Notes under the pieces: generated by a model
Databases searched by the model: none
What the model saw: the letters and a program-made list of their open reading frames with translations, nothing else
Told to the model about the DNA's origin: nothing
Assembly (NCBI GenBank): GCA_964016885.1
Contig: OZ024740.1
Span: 32,488,001 to 32,552,000, forward strand
Direction: 5' to 3'
From: Eledone cirrhosa
Lineage: Eukaryota
Length of the DNA: 64,000 nt
Program-made: the position numbers and the translations under genes
Shown: positions 12,298 through 25,518 of the stretch, one piece after another
How the letters are laid out: every line of letters begins with the position of its first letter
Position numbering within the stretch: position 1 is the stretch's first letter

Positions 12298-12877
12298 TCT
12301 ATATATATAAAACTGAGGATGTCTGTCTGAGTGTGTGTGAGAACCACCCAACCGACTGTTTTCAAACTTTACACATGTAATACTTATGTTTCAGGGAGTG
12401 TTCTGAGCAAAAGAAATTTCAAATTTTCAATGCCCTAGGGACTGCATTAGGCGATTTAGTGATCTCGCTCTATAATTCTTAGTCTTTCTCTTTTTAGGTA
12501 GATACATACATATAACGTCGCACCCTTATAATATCTGTCTGTATGTCTGCATTACGTCACTTCCCTGAGGATGTCTGTCTCTGTGTGTGTGTCTGTGAGT
12601 TTGAATCCCTAAAGCTCGAGAAATACCCAACTGATTTTTTTCAAACTTTACTTATGTTTCAGGGAGTGTTATGCACATAAAAAATTCAACTTTTTTCTAT
12701 CTCCTAGAGCCCGCATTAGGTGAAAACCTGCATTTTTCCTGCTTCATCGAGGAAAATCTTAAAGATTATCCAGCCATCAGAGTATTTGGTTTATTTTCTT
12801 TACATATTGTCCAGGCGTGCAGTTTTTCCACGATTAGGTCTGTTGGCATCCCGTGCAACGCCGGGTACCACTGCTAG
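12298..12877 (+). mobile_element. non-autonomous Helitron
   Basis: A|TCTATATATATAAAA 5' end, subterminal hairpin CCCG-tgcaacgc-CGGG (12850-12865), CTAG|T 3' end, no TSD. Confidence 0.8.
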
Positions 12878-13490
12878 TACGGAAATGCTGTAGAAAATGG
12901 TATTTTTAGTAAAAACTAGAATGTAATTTTTTAATAAAGCTGTTTGTTACTTATTTCCTTAGCCCTTATATCTTTGCTCCTTAACTATCAGAGTACTAGT
13001 ATGTTCCCTAACTAATGTATGGTTTCAATTTGTCTCAATTCACTGGAAACCTTGGTGAAGAGGCTGACTGTTAACTGACCATCTGGTTGAAATAAATAAA
13101 CACAATATGAGAGTCTTAATTAAGAAAGAAATAAGATTACGTCTAAGGCCATAAAAAAGTTATTAAAGCTTCTAAATTTCATCATATGAGTGAGAAGTTT
13201 TGTTGGTTTGCCTGTAAGTGGAACAAACAAATGATATCAGAAGTAACTAATTAATAGAATTGACCCAAGCATGAACAATGGAATGAGAGCTTTTTACCCT
13301 TGTTAGTTAAATAAAGTGCTTGGTAAGTTTTCAGAACTTAACCAGAGACGCCAGGTCCCTGAAGAAGCTGAGTGTAAACATGATGAAGAAACTAGTCTGA
13401 ATAAATCAGTTTCATTATCGTTTTTCCAAGCTGTCAGTATATTAATTACTCATCGCAATTTCAGATAAAAGAATGTTTAATTTTTTTCAG

Positions 13491-13577
13491 TGGGTCCTGC
13501 CACAATCAGTTACCAACTTTCATAATACTCCATCCCCACAGCAAAAAAAGACCATTGAAAAAATTGAAAAAAACAAG
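13491..13577 (+). CDS. TTLL4: TTLL4-like exon
   Basis: tttttttcag|..aag|gtgaac, phase 0; WVLPQSVTNFHNTPSPQQKKTIEKIEKNK. Confidence 0.6.
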
Positions 13578-14284
13578 GTGAACACTCATTTTTATAACCT
13601 GTTTATTTGTATAAATTATATGTACAAAAAAATAAGTTTATATTTTCTAAATTGTTTTTCCAAATGAGAAGGAAATTTCAATTCAGTGATATTTTTTGCA
13701 TGTGTCATTCTGTATATGACCACTTATTTGTATTATGCCAGTAATATTTGTTAATCCATATAAACTGACAGGACCAACCCATTTACGTAATATCTTTGAG
13801 CCAGAAAAGAAAGGGCTGATCTCTTCATTGAGGTTTAGATATCCTTTCATGGAATTTTAAATGTTAAACATCACCTCAACAAAGGATATCTCTCTAAGAA
13901 CGGAAGGATGGTTGGGTACGAAGTGCGATGCTGCATGATAGTGGGACATGGGTAGTGAATGCAGAGGAAATGAAGCAAGCATGCTTCAGTGGATATGTAG
14001 TGTTAATGTGAGTGAATGACAAAATACAGATTAACTGGGAGAAAAGCTAGGTATAAGAAGAATCAGATATAGTGTGCTGCTATGGACATGTGATGTGTAT
14101 GGATGATGATTGCTGAGTGAAGAAGCTAAAAAATCCTAGTGGAAGGAAGACCTAGCTAGAGGTGGTGAGAGTTGATCTCAAATCTTTGAAGCTCACAGAT
14201 GGTGAAAGAACGTAATGAGAGGTAAATTGTGTGCTTCCTAAATCATGACCTACTCTAATTGTTTATTATTCTCTTTTATTACAG

Positions 14285-14311
14285 GTAAATTGTGTGCTTC
14301 CTAAATCATGA
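14285..14311 (+). CDS. TTLL4: candidate terminal coding exon of TTLL4-like gene (VNCVLPKS*)
   Basis: strong acceptor ctcttttattacag, in-phase short ORF to TGA, AATAAA at 14460. Confidence 0.35.
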   Translation, partial: VNCVLPKS

Positions 14312-15976
14312 CCTTCTCTAATTGCTGATTTTGGAAAGTACAATTATCAGTCAGGATAAAGTGTTAAACCATCTAATTTTACCCATAATTTTGAAAGTTT
14401 TGTAAATTTTGACAGCAAATTATATACATTTTACATCCGACAATATTTAAATTATGAAAAATAAAGAAATCTGAGAAAAGTTATATTTTCAAATTTAATG
14501 TATTTGTCATGTTCATTATTTCTATCTTTACACTTGAATCTTTTTTTCCCCCAAAGTAAAAACGTACTAGTTGTCCATCATCATCATTTAACATCCATTT
14601 GCCATGCTAGCAAGAATCAGTACTTGAGTGGGGCTATTGACTTCTCAGATCGATTGGGGGCCTTCATCTTGCTTACATATGATCGTGCTAGAGAGATTGT
14701 CATGTATTCGACACAACCCTTTCTTTAGCAAGTTTTCTATGGCTGGATGCCCTTTCTATCACCAACCACATTACAGCATTTACTGGGTGTGGGTGTGTAA
14801 ATCTCCAATACTAGAGAGGTTGTTGCACTGTGGACACAACTGTAGTGTCCTCAACCCTTTTTGGCATGGTTTCTACAGCTGGTGCCCTTTTTATCACCAA
14901 CTCTAGAGATCTTGTCAGTTATTGTCCCAACTGATCAGCCCTCTCTGCTCTGAGGGTGATGAATGACAGTAGGAGGGAAGGGGTAGACCTGATAGCATAG
15001 GGGAAGTAGTTACAGTTATGTCAAGATTTTTAAGGGAGGAATATAATGATGGGGAAAATTTCTCTCAAATAGTAACAACATATCATTTAACATCTATTTT
15101 CCATGCTTGCATGGGTTAGATGAGTTGTCACATGCTGAAGCTAGACTGGTTGGATGACCACATCCTGCTCATTTTGGCTTGGTTTCTACAGCTGGGTGTT
15201 CTTCCTAATGCCAATCACTTTGGAGAGTACTGGGTGCTTGATTCTGTCCCCTACTTCCCCCATTTTGTCAGTTTCTTATTTTTCCACCACCATGTCACGA
15301 CCTCATCAGTAGCTTTCAGCAGGTTATCCTGCATTCACTGTTCTACACGTGTCCTTCCTGATTTTATGATGGTTTCTGTGACTCTGAGATTTGGCTGTTA
15401 TTTTTAGCAGGTCAAATAACCCTGTAGAGGCTCTATTGTTGTCTCATTGGTGATGTGTTCTTTAAACTGGCCGTATCTGGCCATAATTCTTTCACCTCTT
15501 CCTGTTCAAACCGGCCATAACCGACCGCTTATACTAACGTTAAGGTATTGTTCTCAAAACAAATAATATCAAAATCTCATAGATTCGATATTATGTGAGG
15601 TAAAGCCTTTACCATGAAAATAATAGTAAATATAGAGTAACATTTAAAATTTTGAGTATTTTTCAGCTATATTTACTGAAATGTATAAAGATGTGTTTTG
15701 GTACAATGTAATAGTAATAGCAACTGATAAAGTATTGAACTTCTGACCCCCTGATCAGTAGTTCACTTAACTACACAACCATCAGGTCATCTTTAACCCA
15801 GAAGAAAATGAAATAAAAATGATAACAATATTTTATTAAATATAATCTTTAATAAAGAGAATCACTGATGAAATTAGAACAATTATATGAAGAGAAAGTC
15901 TTGTCTGGTGATATTGTGAGTACACAGGTGAAACTCCAGAGTAACAAGACTCATCACTTACCCATAATAAAGAATG

Positions 15977-16170
15977 TTCAAACCGCCCAGAATTCTCTAC
16001 CTCTTTCTGTTGAAACTGGTCACTCAAACTGATGTTAAGGTATTGTTCTCAAAATAAATACTTTCAAAAGCTCAGATTCGATATTATGTGAGATAATTAT
16101 GCGAGGTAAAGCCTTTACCATGAAAATATAATAGTATATATATATATAGAGTAATGTAAATGCTAAAGGG
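15977..16170. mobile_element. piggyBac-derived MITE (partial; another partial copy at about 15463-15645)
   Basis: reverse complement of the 970-1158 element; ends AATGCTAAAGGG-ttaa. Confidence 0.75.
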
Positions 16171-17084
16171 TTAAACTCTATTCCAGTATTGAGTAATCAT
16201 CCTCAGGTCTGTCAATAACATAGGTTATGTATGTGTGTGTTCATAAATTGAATATGAAGGATGAGAGAAAGGTAAGTGTGACAGTAACAGCACATAAGTT
16301 GCTGTTGAAAGGACAGATCTTATTCCCAGCACCAGCAACGACTGAATGAAAGATTATGTGTTGCTACTAAAAAAATCATTGAATGACTGGATAAATGGTA
16401 TGTGTGAAAGAGGGGGTGGGTATTGCTATGTAGAGATAGATACATGGAACAGACAACACCCAGATAGAAGCATTCAACCTGAAAGGGCAGACAATATACA
16501 TAAAAGTATTCAACCTGAAAGGGCAGACAATATACAGATACAAGCATTCAAACTGAAAGAGCAGACATATATGCATGACTATCAGTCAAGAAAACAAAAG
16601 AATATATTTTTTTCTTGTTACCTATATTTTTATATGTCACTGATGTAATTTCACATTTGAAATTTTAAAAAAAAAAAGTTTTTTTTCATTCATTGTTGAC
16701 ATTTTGAACTGTTTCTGGACTATTTTATTACTATTTCCCTAAATATTGTCTTCATTGTGGCATACATTACTGATTCAGTTAAACAACCACTGGTTTGACT
16801 TGTTCCTGGAGATAACACGGAAGAAAAAAACTAATTATTATTTTGTAATACATCAAACAATATATAAACAGATTATATAATTTAGAAGACAATAGTGAGT
16901 TTGATGTTTAGCTTTGTGTGGGTTGAAAAGGTTTGTACTAAAACACATTTTTATGTGTATTTATAAAATATTTAAAATTGATATATTTTAATAGCTAGCA
17001 TGATGAGAGAAGGGTCACATCTTTAGATTATTTATTGACTTTCCTTCAGGGAGGTTAATGTTAATAAGTTTGATGTACTACAGT

Positions 17085-17163
17085 TTAGTGGTTAATTTCT
17101 ACAGATTGGATGTCCATTTCTGAAGAAGAAGAATCAAAATAATTTTGTACAAACTGAGATATC
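17085..17163 (-). CDS. AIFM3: candidate terminal exon of AIFM3-like gene
   Basis: acceptor ctactttcag, in-phase ORF ISQFVQNYFDSSSSEMDIQSVEINH*, minus-strand AATAAA at 17031-17036; alternative acceptor at 17119. Confidence 0.35.
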
Positions 17164-17335
17164 CTGAAAGTAGTGGGAAGGAAAACAATGAATGCACTGA
17201 GTGTAGTTTGTGAAACATAATCAGAACAATGGCAATAACTACAACAAAAAAATCTTTAAGATGATATAGTTAACATGTAGTCACATATAGTTACATGTGC
17301 TATACCGTTGTACATCTTAACCAGTAGATGAAATA

Positions 17336-18004
17336 CCGTATATATTCGAATATAAGCACACCACCTATTTTATGTCCGAGAAATGGGCAAAACTCCAAAC
17401 CCTCTTTATAAGTTGAGACATCAATCAACACATGTTTAGATGGTGTGGTGGAGAATATATTTATAAAGGTTTAATATTTTGATGTTTAAAACGTTTTAAG
17501 TGTTTAGAATATAGTTTTTGTTTCACAAGATTAAGTTTCAAGTTTCTTTAATTTTTATTTAGTTCTGGCCACTCACATTTTGGGAGTAGTTGAAATCAAG
17601 AGATCGAATAAGAGAACTTAGTATAGGGATTCATAGAAAGGGAAAGGGAGAGTGAGAGCAATCAAACAAGTCAGAAGTAAGATTTCAATCTTACATAAGA
17701 TTGAAAGAAAAAGTCATGTGTGCATGCATGTACACGTGTGTGTGTGGGGGATATTAAAAAGTTCAAATTTTAAAAATTTGTTGGAAACATTTTTAAGGGA
17801 ATACATAAATAACACAAATGATGATGTAGAAAAACAGTGTTTCATTTAAAATATTCACTCAAGATATTTTAGCAGCTTATTTATATCGAATTTGAAGTTG
17901 GTGAAAATCAACAAAATATTGATCTCAAATATAAGCTGACCCCATTTTACCATCGATTTTTTTTTTGTGTGACATATTTCTCAACTTATATACAACATAT
18001 ATGG
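17336..18004. mobile_element. Tc2/pogo-like MITE (short relatives at about 43303-43400 and 53353-53447)
   Basis: ta-CCGTATATATTCGAATATAAG ... CTTATATACAACATATATGG-ta imperfect TIRs with TA flanks. Confidence 0.55.
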
Positions 18005-18298
18005 TAGTTCTAAGTTCGAAAGTAGCACAGAGGAGACAGGTTAGCTGGACATGCTCACTGACATCCAAGGTTGACATATGTTGATGTCCTAAGGACAGAC
18101 ACTGGTCTCTTGGAGATGCAAGACATAGCAGCGATGATGAGGGACAGAGACCGCTGGAGAGAACTCGTCCATGGATCTCGGGAATTTTACCCGCCCTAGA
18201 TAGATATATGGTAGCTAACATGGAGTCATGTGCTACTCAGGTGTACATCTTAAAAAGATATCCAGTTAAATCTCTACATTCTTAGAAAAAATACTTAC

Positions 18299-18403
18299 AC
18301 AATTTCCTGTTTATTTAAAACTTTGCCACCTGCCATAATTTCAGCCACTTTTGATACAATTGGATCATGATTCAAACTTGCAACTGCTAATACATCTCCT
18401 TCT
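18299..18403 (-). CDS. AIFM3: AIFM3-like exon (reductase C-terminal domain)
   Basis: EGDVLAVASLNHDPIVSKVAEIMAGGKVLNKQEIV; tag/gtaagt. Confidence 0.9.
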
Positions 18404-18522
18404 CTAAATAAAAATGGAACAATTATTTTGAAGTCATTTATATAAGAGTCAACTAATATTTCTTTAAATTTTTCAATTAATAAAGCAACCAAACAAGAGC
18501 TAAGTGGTAAAACTTTAAATAT

Positions 18523-19101
18523 ATAATTGTTTCTACGTTTGGCACAAGGCCAGCAATTACCCCAGTGCATTACTGGTATTTTATTTTATTGACCCTGTAA
18601 GGATGAAAGGCAAAGCTAACCATGGTGGGATTTGAACCCAGAACGTAAAGGGCCATAACTATGCCGCAAAGCATGGTGTCCGACCCTCTACCAATACTGC
18701 CAATCCCTTTAAATATATAATTGTTTCTACTTTAGGCACAAGGCCAGCAATTATCCAGTGCATTACTGGTACTTTATTTTATCGACCCCGTAAGGATAAA
18801 AGGCAAAGTCAACCTCGGCGGGATTTGAACTCAGATCGTAAAGGGACGTAACTATGCTGGAAAGCATGGCGTCCGACCCTCTACTGATACTGCCAATCCA
18901 CTGCCCTAAAATAATTGTTTCTACTTTTTGACACAAGGCCAGCAATTATCCCAGTACATTACTGGTACTTTATTTTATCGACCCCGTAAGGATGAAAGGC
19001 AAAGTTAACCTCGGCGGGAATTGAACTCAGATCGTAAAGGGACGTAACTATGCTGGAAAGCATAATCCAACCCTCTACCGATACTGCCAATTCACCGCCC
19101 T
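18523..19101 (-). mobile_element. three head-to-tail tRNA-derived SINEs
   Basis: each about 190 bp: TGGCAGTATCGG A box, GTTCAAATCC B box, GCCTTTCATCCTTACGGGGTCGATAAAATAAAGTACCAG central block. Confidence 0.85.
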
Positions 19102-20138
19102 TTAAATATATAATGACACCATGACTGCAAAGTTAATTTACTATAACCATTGTATAATACCTTCCCTTGGCAAGTTTCACAACTGTTTACTTTGGTTTGC
19201 TACAGTAAATTCTGCTTCTATTTTACAACTGGATATCACATTACTACAACAAAACCCTACTTGTATATATGCCAGTAAAGAAATACAGATGTAAAGCAAC
19301 AAAAATAAAATGAATAATTTAAGACAGCGGTCACCAACTGGTGGTCTGAGAGAAAACTTTGGTGGTCTGCAGAAAAATGTGGGCGTTATTTGTAATTTTT
19401 ATGTTTTATTAATAATAAAACAAAAATAATATTTGGTTAAAATATATTTATCAACCCCACTAAAAAATGTTTTCAGTAAAGAACTAACATCCATGAAAGA
19501 ATTTTACACATATGTATATCTATTGACCGTGACCTCTGGCGTCACACAGTAATACAGAAGACCCGACTTCCCATGGGTACAAGGCAAAGCTGAAGCATAT
19601 AGACAATATGCCCCCACCCCCTCCCACTACAAAGTGGTCGTGGAGGTGCCACGGCAAAAAAGCACCCAGCCCACACTGTAAATGAGGTTGGTGTTAGGAA
19701 GAGCATCCAGATGTAGAAATCAAGCCAGAATCAGTTCTTGTATGAGGACAACCCGTCTAACTTATGCTAGCGTGGAAGAACGGACGTAAAACAGTGATGA
19801 TGATGATGAATATGACACATACGCTTCTGTATTTGTAATTTTGTTATATTTATTAGGTGCATTTCATATTAATAAAATGGAAGTTCTGTGATCATTATTT
19901 TAAAAATGTATTTATCTTTTAAAAAAATTTCATATTAATGGTCCGCGAGATTTAAAATTATGAATTTATAGGGAAGAGGAATGTCATGAATATTTGTGAT
20001 AGAAAAAATGTGATCTGGCTTTTACCAACACTCGTAGTTGTTCTAAGCATTCATCATTCAGAATGGATGTATTTATAGTAAATGTGAAGAAAAAATACTT
20101 AAAGGAAAGGTTATTATTAAAATAATCATTCAACTCAC

Positions 20139-20208
20139 TTTGTGAAGAAACAAGCAACTTTTTCATCATCTCCATGGACAACAACATCGTCATAACCAGT
20201 TCCATACC
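20139..20208 (-). CDS. AIFM3: AIFM3-like exon
   Basis: GYGTGYDDVVVHGDDEKVACFFTK; cag/gtgagt. Confidence 0.88.
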
Positions 20209-20353
20209 CTGCAGAATATAATTGAAGAAATCTGATGGATGTCAATATTTACTGGGAATATAAACATGTGTGGAATAATGATGATGTAATGGAAAAAAAA
20301 CAGTAAGTGGAGAACAAGTTTATGTTTAATTTTATGTTGATTAAGTAGTAAAG

Positions 20354-21048
20354 AGCCGCTGGACCGTCGGGGATAGTTGCTGAGATGCTGAAGGCATCAG
20401 GGAACGTAGGCACTAAACTGGTTGCACGCATCATCAATCAGGCTATATATGGTGGTGTCATACCCAAAGATTGGTGCAGCAGTATTCTCAAAAATTGCTA
20501 CAAAGGTAAAGGGGACGCTCTGGAGAGGAGCAATTATAGGGGCATAAAACTGATGGATCAGGTTATGAAAGTGGCAGAAAGAATATTAGCACAACTAATT
20601 AGAGAAAGGATCAAACTAGATGAGATGCAGTTTGGTTTTGTGCCTGGGAAAAGTACAACAGATGCCCTCTTCTTAGTGAGACAACTACAAGAGAGGTTCT
20701 TAGAGAAGAATAAGCCAATATACTTAGCTTTTGTTGACCTAAAGAAAGCCTCTGACAAGGTACCCCAATCTGTCATCTGGTGGTCCCTAAGGAAACTAGG
20801 TGTTGAGGAATGGCTTGTGAGGACTGCAAACTTTGTACAGAGGTGCTGTCAGTAAAGTGAGAGTAGGAATGGAGTTTAGTGAGGAATTCCAGATACAAGT
20901 AGGAGTACATCAGGGTTTGGTCCTCAGCCCGCTCTTGTTCATTATAGTCCTCCAAGCCATAACAGAGGAGTTTAAGACTGGATGCATATGAGATCTTCTC
21001 TATGCTGATGACCTGGTTCTTATAGCACAATCAGTAGAGGAGCTAGAA
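20354..21048 (+). mobile_element. RTE-clade LINE RT fragment
   Basis: NYRGIKLM, QFGF, AFVDLKKA, YADD; closely related to the 8578-10113 copy. Confidence 0.88.
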
Positions 21049-21067
21049 ACAGGGTTGCTGCACAGTG

Positions 21068-21571
21068 ATATCAGCAGCATTGTTTATCAAGAATTTCTCC
21101 CCTAGGGCCAGACCATCAAAAAAGAGCTTTACTGTGAAGTTCTGAAGCATTTGAGGGAGAACATTTAGTGAAAGCGATCGGATCAGTGGCATGCCAAGAA
21201 CTGGATTCTCCATGACAGCAATGCACCCTGTCACCAAGCACTTACCATCTGTGAGTTTCTCACCACGCACAACATGCCATCGCTTCTGCACCTGCCCTAC
21301 TCACCAAATTTAGCTCCTGCGGACTTCTTTCTTTTCCTGAAGATGAAAATCAAGCTGAAAGGTTGCCATTTCAACACTGATGCACGGATCCAGCATGAAT
21401 CGCAGAATGTTCTCAACAAGCGTACAAAAGTTTGCTTCGAGGCCACATTCCAGGGATCAGAGTATTGCTGTGCAAGGGGACTATTTCAAGGGAGATGGTG
21501 TTCAAATTCATGTAAATGAAGCCCTTTTTTTAAATAAAGAGCTAGCCTGGAAACTTTTTGACTTACTCTTG
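21068..21571 (+). mobile_element. mariner transposon 3' fragment
   Basis: WILHDSNAPCH and LPYSPNLAPADFFLFLKMKIKLKG (mariner YSPDL motif); TIR-like GGAAACTTTTTGACTTACTCTTG followed by TA. Confidence 0.85.
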
Positions 21572-21798
21572 TATACACAACATATATATATATATATATA
21601 TGAAGACGGCATATATATGTGTTGGGTATGTATATTTAATTTTGATAGTTTGTATAATTTTGTATAATTTTGTACATAGATCTGTTGAATATGCATGCCA
21701 ATTCTAACACATATATATCCTAGAAACGATCGTTAAATAATGAACTTTTTTTGTTTAATATAAGGAACTGTTTCATTGTTTTATTCATTATTTTTTTA

Positions 21799-21835
<37 letters not shown>

Positions 21836-21838
<3 letters not shown>

Positions 21839-22880
21839 TTTTACATGTGGCCGGTGCTCTGGTGCAATAAGTAGCAGCAAGTGCCCACAAACTACTAGCT
21901 CTTTCAATTGCGCAGAGGGTTCTATAGAAATAGTGGACAGCTTCCGTTACCTGGGCGATAAAATCAGCAGTGGGGGAGGGTGCTCTGAAAGTACTGTAGC
22001 TAGAGTCAGAACTGGTTGGAAAAAGTTCAGAGAGCTTATACAACTATTAGCTGCTAAAGGGTTCTCACTAAAAATGAAAGGCAGGTTGTACGATGCCTGC
22101 ATACGAACAGCAATGCTGCATGGCAGTGAGACCTGGGCATTGTGTGCAGAGGATATACGCAGACTAGAGAGGAACGAAGCTTGCATGCTCCGCTGGATGT
22201 GTAACAGTAATATACGTGAACGGCAAAGCATAAACGAACTAAGGAAAAAATTAGAGATAAGAGGGATCAGATGTTGTTTACTCGAGAGAAGGCTACGTTG
22301 GTATGGACACGTGATGCGCATGAAAGTCGATAGCTGTATAACAAAGTGCAGGGCAATAAAGATAGACGGTAGCCACGGAATAGGCAGACCTAGAAAAACC
22401 TGGGACGAGCTGATAAACTCCGACCTCACACACTTACACCTCTCCAAGACAATGTCACTGGACCGAGACCTTTGGCGGTACTCAGTAACAGAGAAGACCC
22501 GCCTTGCCAGTAGGCATCTCTAACAAAATACACCCCGTCCCGCCACCTCCCCCACCCATCCACACCACCCGTCCTATGTAAAGTTATGTTGGTGCCGCGC
22601 CATCCAGGCCGAAACAAATGAGATCGTGTAGGTGTCACGACAAAAAAACACACAGTCCACGCTGTAATGTGGCCGTGTAGGCAACACGGTAAAAACCTCC
22701 CAGACCCACACTGTAAATGTGGTTGGTGTTAGGAAGGGCATCCAACTGTAGAAAACCTGCCAGACAGTCCTATGCGAGCAAGACAATCACTCTTGCCTCA
22801 AGTGGGACTACCCCCGTCCAAACCCATGCAAGCGTGGAACACGGACGTTAAACGTTGATGATGATGATGATGATGATGAT
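21836..22880 (+). mobile_element. RTE-clade LINE 3' end, subfamily B
   Basis: FRYLG, LHGSETW, RLRWYGHV, GRPRKTW; 3' UTR; (GAT)n tail. Confidence 0.92.
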
Positions 22881-23613
22881 ATATATTGAGATGCAGTTTC
22901 ACTACTGCAACCTTATTGATTCAATGAGTGAGTGAGTAATGGCCGAAGATCGCTGAAATTACATCACTGACTTTCGTAAACCTTGTATCATCATCATCAC
23001 TGTTTTACGTCCATTTTTCCATGCTAGCATGGGTTAGACATATATATATATATATGTATCTATATATATCATCTTCATCATCATTTTTAACTTTCATTTT
23101 CGCTGCTAGCATGAGTTGGACGGCACTTTGCAGACCGTGTCAGTATTCGAGTGCAGCTACTGACCTCCCAGAAAGACTGGTGACCCACATCTCACTTACA
23201 TATGGCCCTGTGCTCTATCAAGTGCATTGTATCATGACACCAACACTTGGGAGATTGTCCTCGACACAACTGAAGGGTCCGCTTGACCATTTTTGGCAAG
23301 CCTTCTATGACTGGAAGCCCTTCCTACCACCAACTACTTTACTGAGTGCATCAGAGGAACTAGCATGAGAGGTTGTCACTTATTGTCCCAACTGACTGGC
23401 CTTCTCTGCTCTGTGCATGTGGGGAGGGGGGGGGGGGAGATAAGTATAATGTAAAGGATAGATGATAGGGTAATGAGTAGGTAGGAAGGAGTGACTTCCA
23501 GTATCATAGAGGAAGTTGTTACAGGTGTTTCAGGATTTTGAGAGCGAGTGGGTGTAGTGATGGTCAGAATAGCTAAACAATGAAGGTGATAGTGGTTGTA
23601 TGTAAACACAAAC

Positions 23614-23712
23614 CTGCATAGCGGACACTTTTACCAAACATCATTGTCCAAAAATAGGGCACACTGTTGATTTTCACATTCTTTCCCAGCATGTTTAGTG
23701 CAGCATTCTTTC
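23614..23712 (-). CDS. AIFM3: AIFM3-like exon
   Basis: GKNAALNMLGKNVKINSVPYFWTMMFGKSVRYAG; tag/gtttgt. Confidence 0.92.
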
Positions 23713-23892
23713 CTACAAAAATTGAAAGAAAATTTAACTTCAGGTAGAATATGAACAAATTTAGATTATTAGATATAGAGTATAGATACATACCAACAAT
23801 GTTTGGCAGCCAATGCCCCACCAGAGGCACCTTTGACCCACTAGGATGTGTTTCCCCATATTCCATACACAACCAAAAGTCATAACTCAAAG

Positions 23893-24083
23893 TGGTTCAT
23901 TCATAACCTCAAATACTCCATGTGGTTCATTCATAACCTCAAATACTCCATGTGATTCATTCATAACCTCAAATACTCCATGTGGTTCATTCATAACCTC
24001 AAATACTCCATGTGGTTCATTCATAACCTCAAATACACCATGTGATTCATTCATAACCTCAAATACTCCATGTGGTTCATTCA
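23893..24083. repeat. 30-bp tandem repeat, about 6.3 copies
   Basis: tggttcattcataacctcaaatactccatg. Confidence 0.95.
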
Positions 24084-24795
24084 AACCTGTGTTTCAACAG
24101 TTCAGACAAAGAACATAGCCTAAAATGTTTGAAGAAAATCACTCACTCTTCCAAATTGGGCAGCTTTTACACAGCATCACAACTTTCACAGAACCATCAA
24201 TAAAGAACACCCAAGCTCTGTTGCCTCCCATTTTGTAGGCAATCTTTATTGTGCTTTATGAAAAAGATCTCTACCAACTTCACACAAAAGTCCATCTATC
24301 CAATTTACAACCATGATGCTTCTGTTAACAGTACTCCAGCAGTAAAAGTCTCCATATTTGCTGCCCACTTTGTATGGAACTCCACATGGCACACAACCTA
24401 TCTTTATCTACTCTACTAGGCTTACCGCAACAAAAGTGATCATTTCAAACCAAAATGGCCACAAGGCTTGACATTATCCTTTCCAGTTCCTTCAAGCAAT
24501 CTGCCCAAAGCTATCCCATATCCTCACCAAACTCTTCTTCTTTCTCTCTCTACAGCAATATATCCCAACCTTTGAAAGTCTGCTAATCTGTACCCCATTC
24601 CCAAGTAGGACAACTACTCTGACTTGCCAGTTACTGCCCTACCTCCTTACAACAACGACAATAACCATAAATATCTCTTCTAATTAAATATTACATTGTT
24701 AATGAGTTGAGTTTTCCTTAGTTCACAGTTGTTGAAAATACTGGGTAATGGCTATCGCTTCATAAAAATACTATTCTAACTAAAAATCTTATTGA

Positions 24796-24826
<31 letters not shown>

Positions 24827-25518
24827 ACAGCTCACACCTATGCAGGTTTAGCTGGCCTCCTCCAAGGAGGTGTCCTATCATCTCATTTCTACAGCTGAGT
24901 AAACTGGAGCAACGTGAAATAAAGTGTCTTGCTCAAGGAACAAAACACATCACCCGGTCCGAGAATTGAACTCACAAGCTTTTGATTGCAAGCCCAATGC
25001 TCTAACCACTAAGCCATGCGCCGTCACAATATTGTGAAACAGGCTATACAAGGGGGACGGTTTCAGGTTGAAGAGGTTGTTTTGTGCTTGAGATGTCACC
25101 TTTATTGATAGTAAAATAAATAAATAAATAAAGTCAATAAGAATAAAATAAAATTGAACTAAAGTATTTTCATTTTACTGACAATTAAGCTTCTGTTATT
25201 TTGATGTTGGAACATTTAACTAATTATAATTTCAATGGCGTTGTTATACAAGTTCTCACTAATGAAGCTATAGGTTTTATGTCAACCAGTTTAGGCTAGT
25301 TATCATTATCATCATCACCATTATCACCACCAACATCATCACCATTATTGCCACCACTGTCATCACCACCGCCACCACCGTAACCACCATTACCACCACC
25401 ATCAACATCGTTTAACATCTATTTTCCATGCTTGCATGTGTTAGATGGGTTGTCTCTCTGTGGGGCTAGACAGGTAAAGTAACTACAAAACAACAGACTA
25501 TATTTACTGAGGACTTAC

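Noticed and set aside
15836-16648. Extra exons or small genes between the two genes
   Set aside because: ORFs overlap a MITE and a 36-bp tandem repeat, with no convincing splice pair or homology.
23893-24083. CRISPR-like 30-bp repeats (also 27786-29060)
   Set aside because: Contiguous tandem units with no unique spacers, in eukaryotic introns, with no cas genes.
24120-24650. Possible coding exon
   Set aside because: Looks like a heavily degraded LINE RT remnant with stops; too decayed to call confidently.
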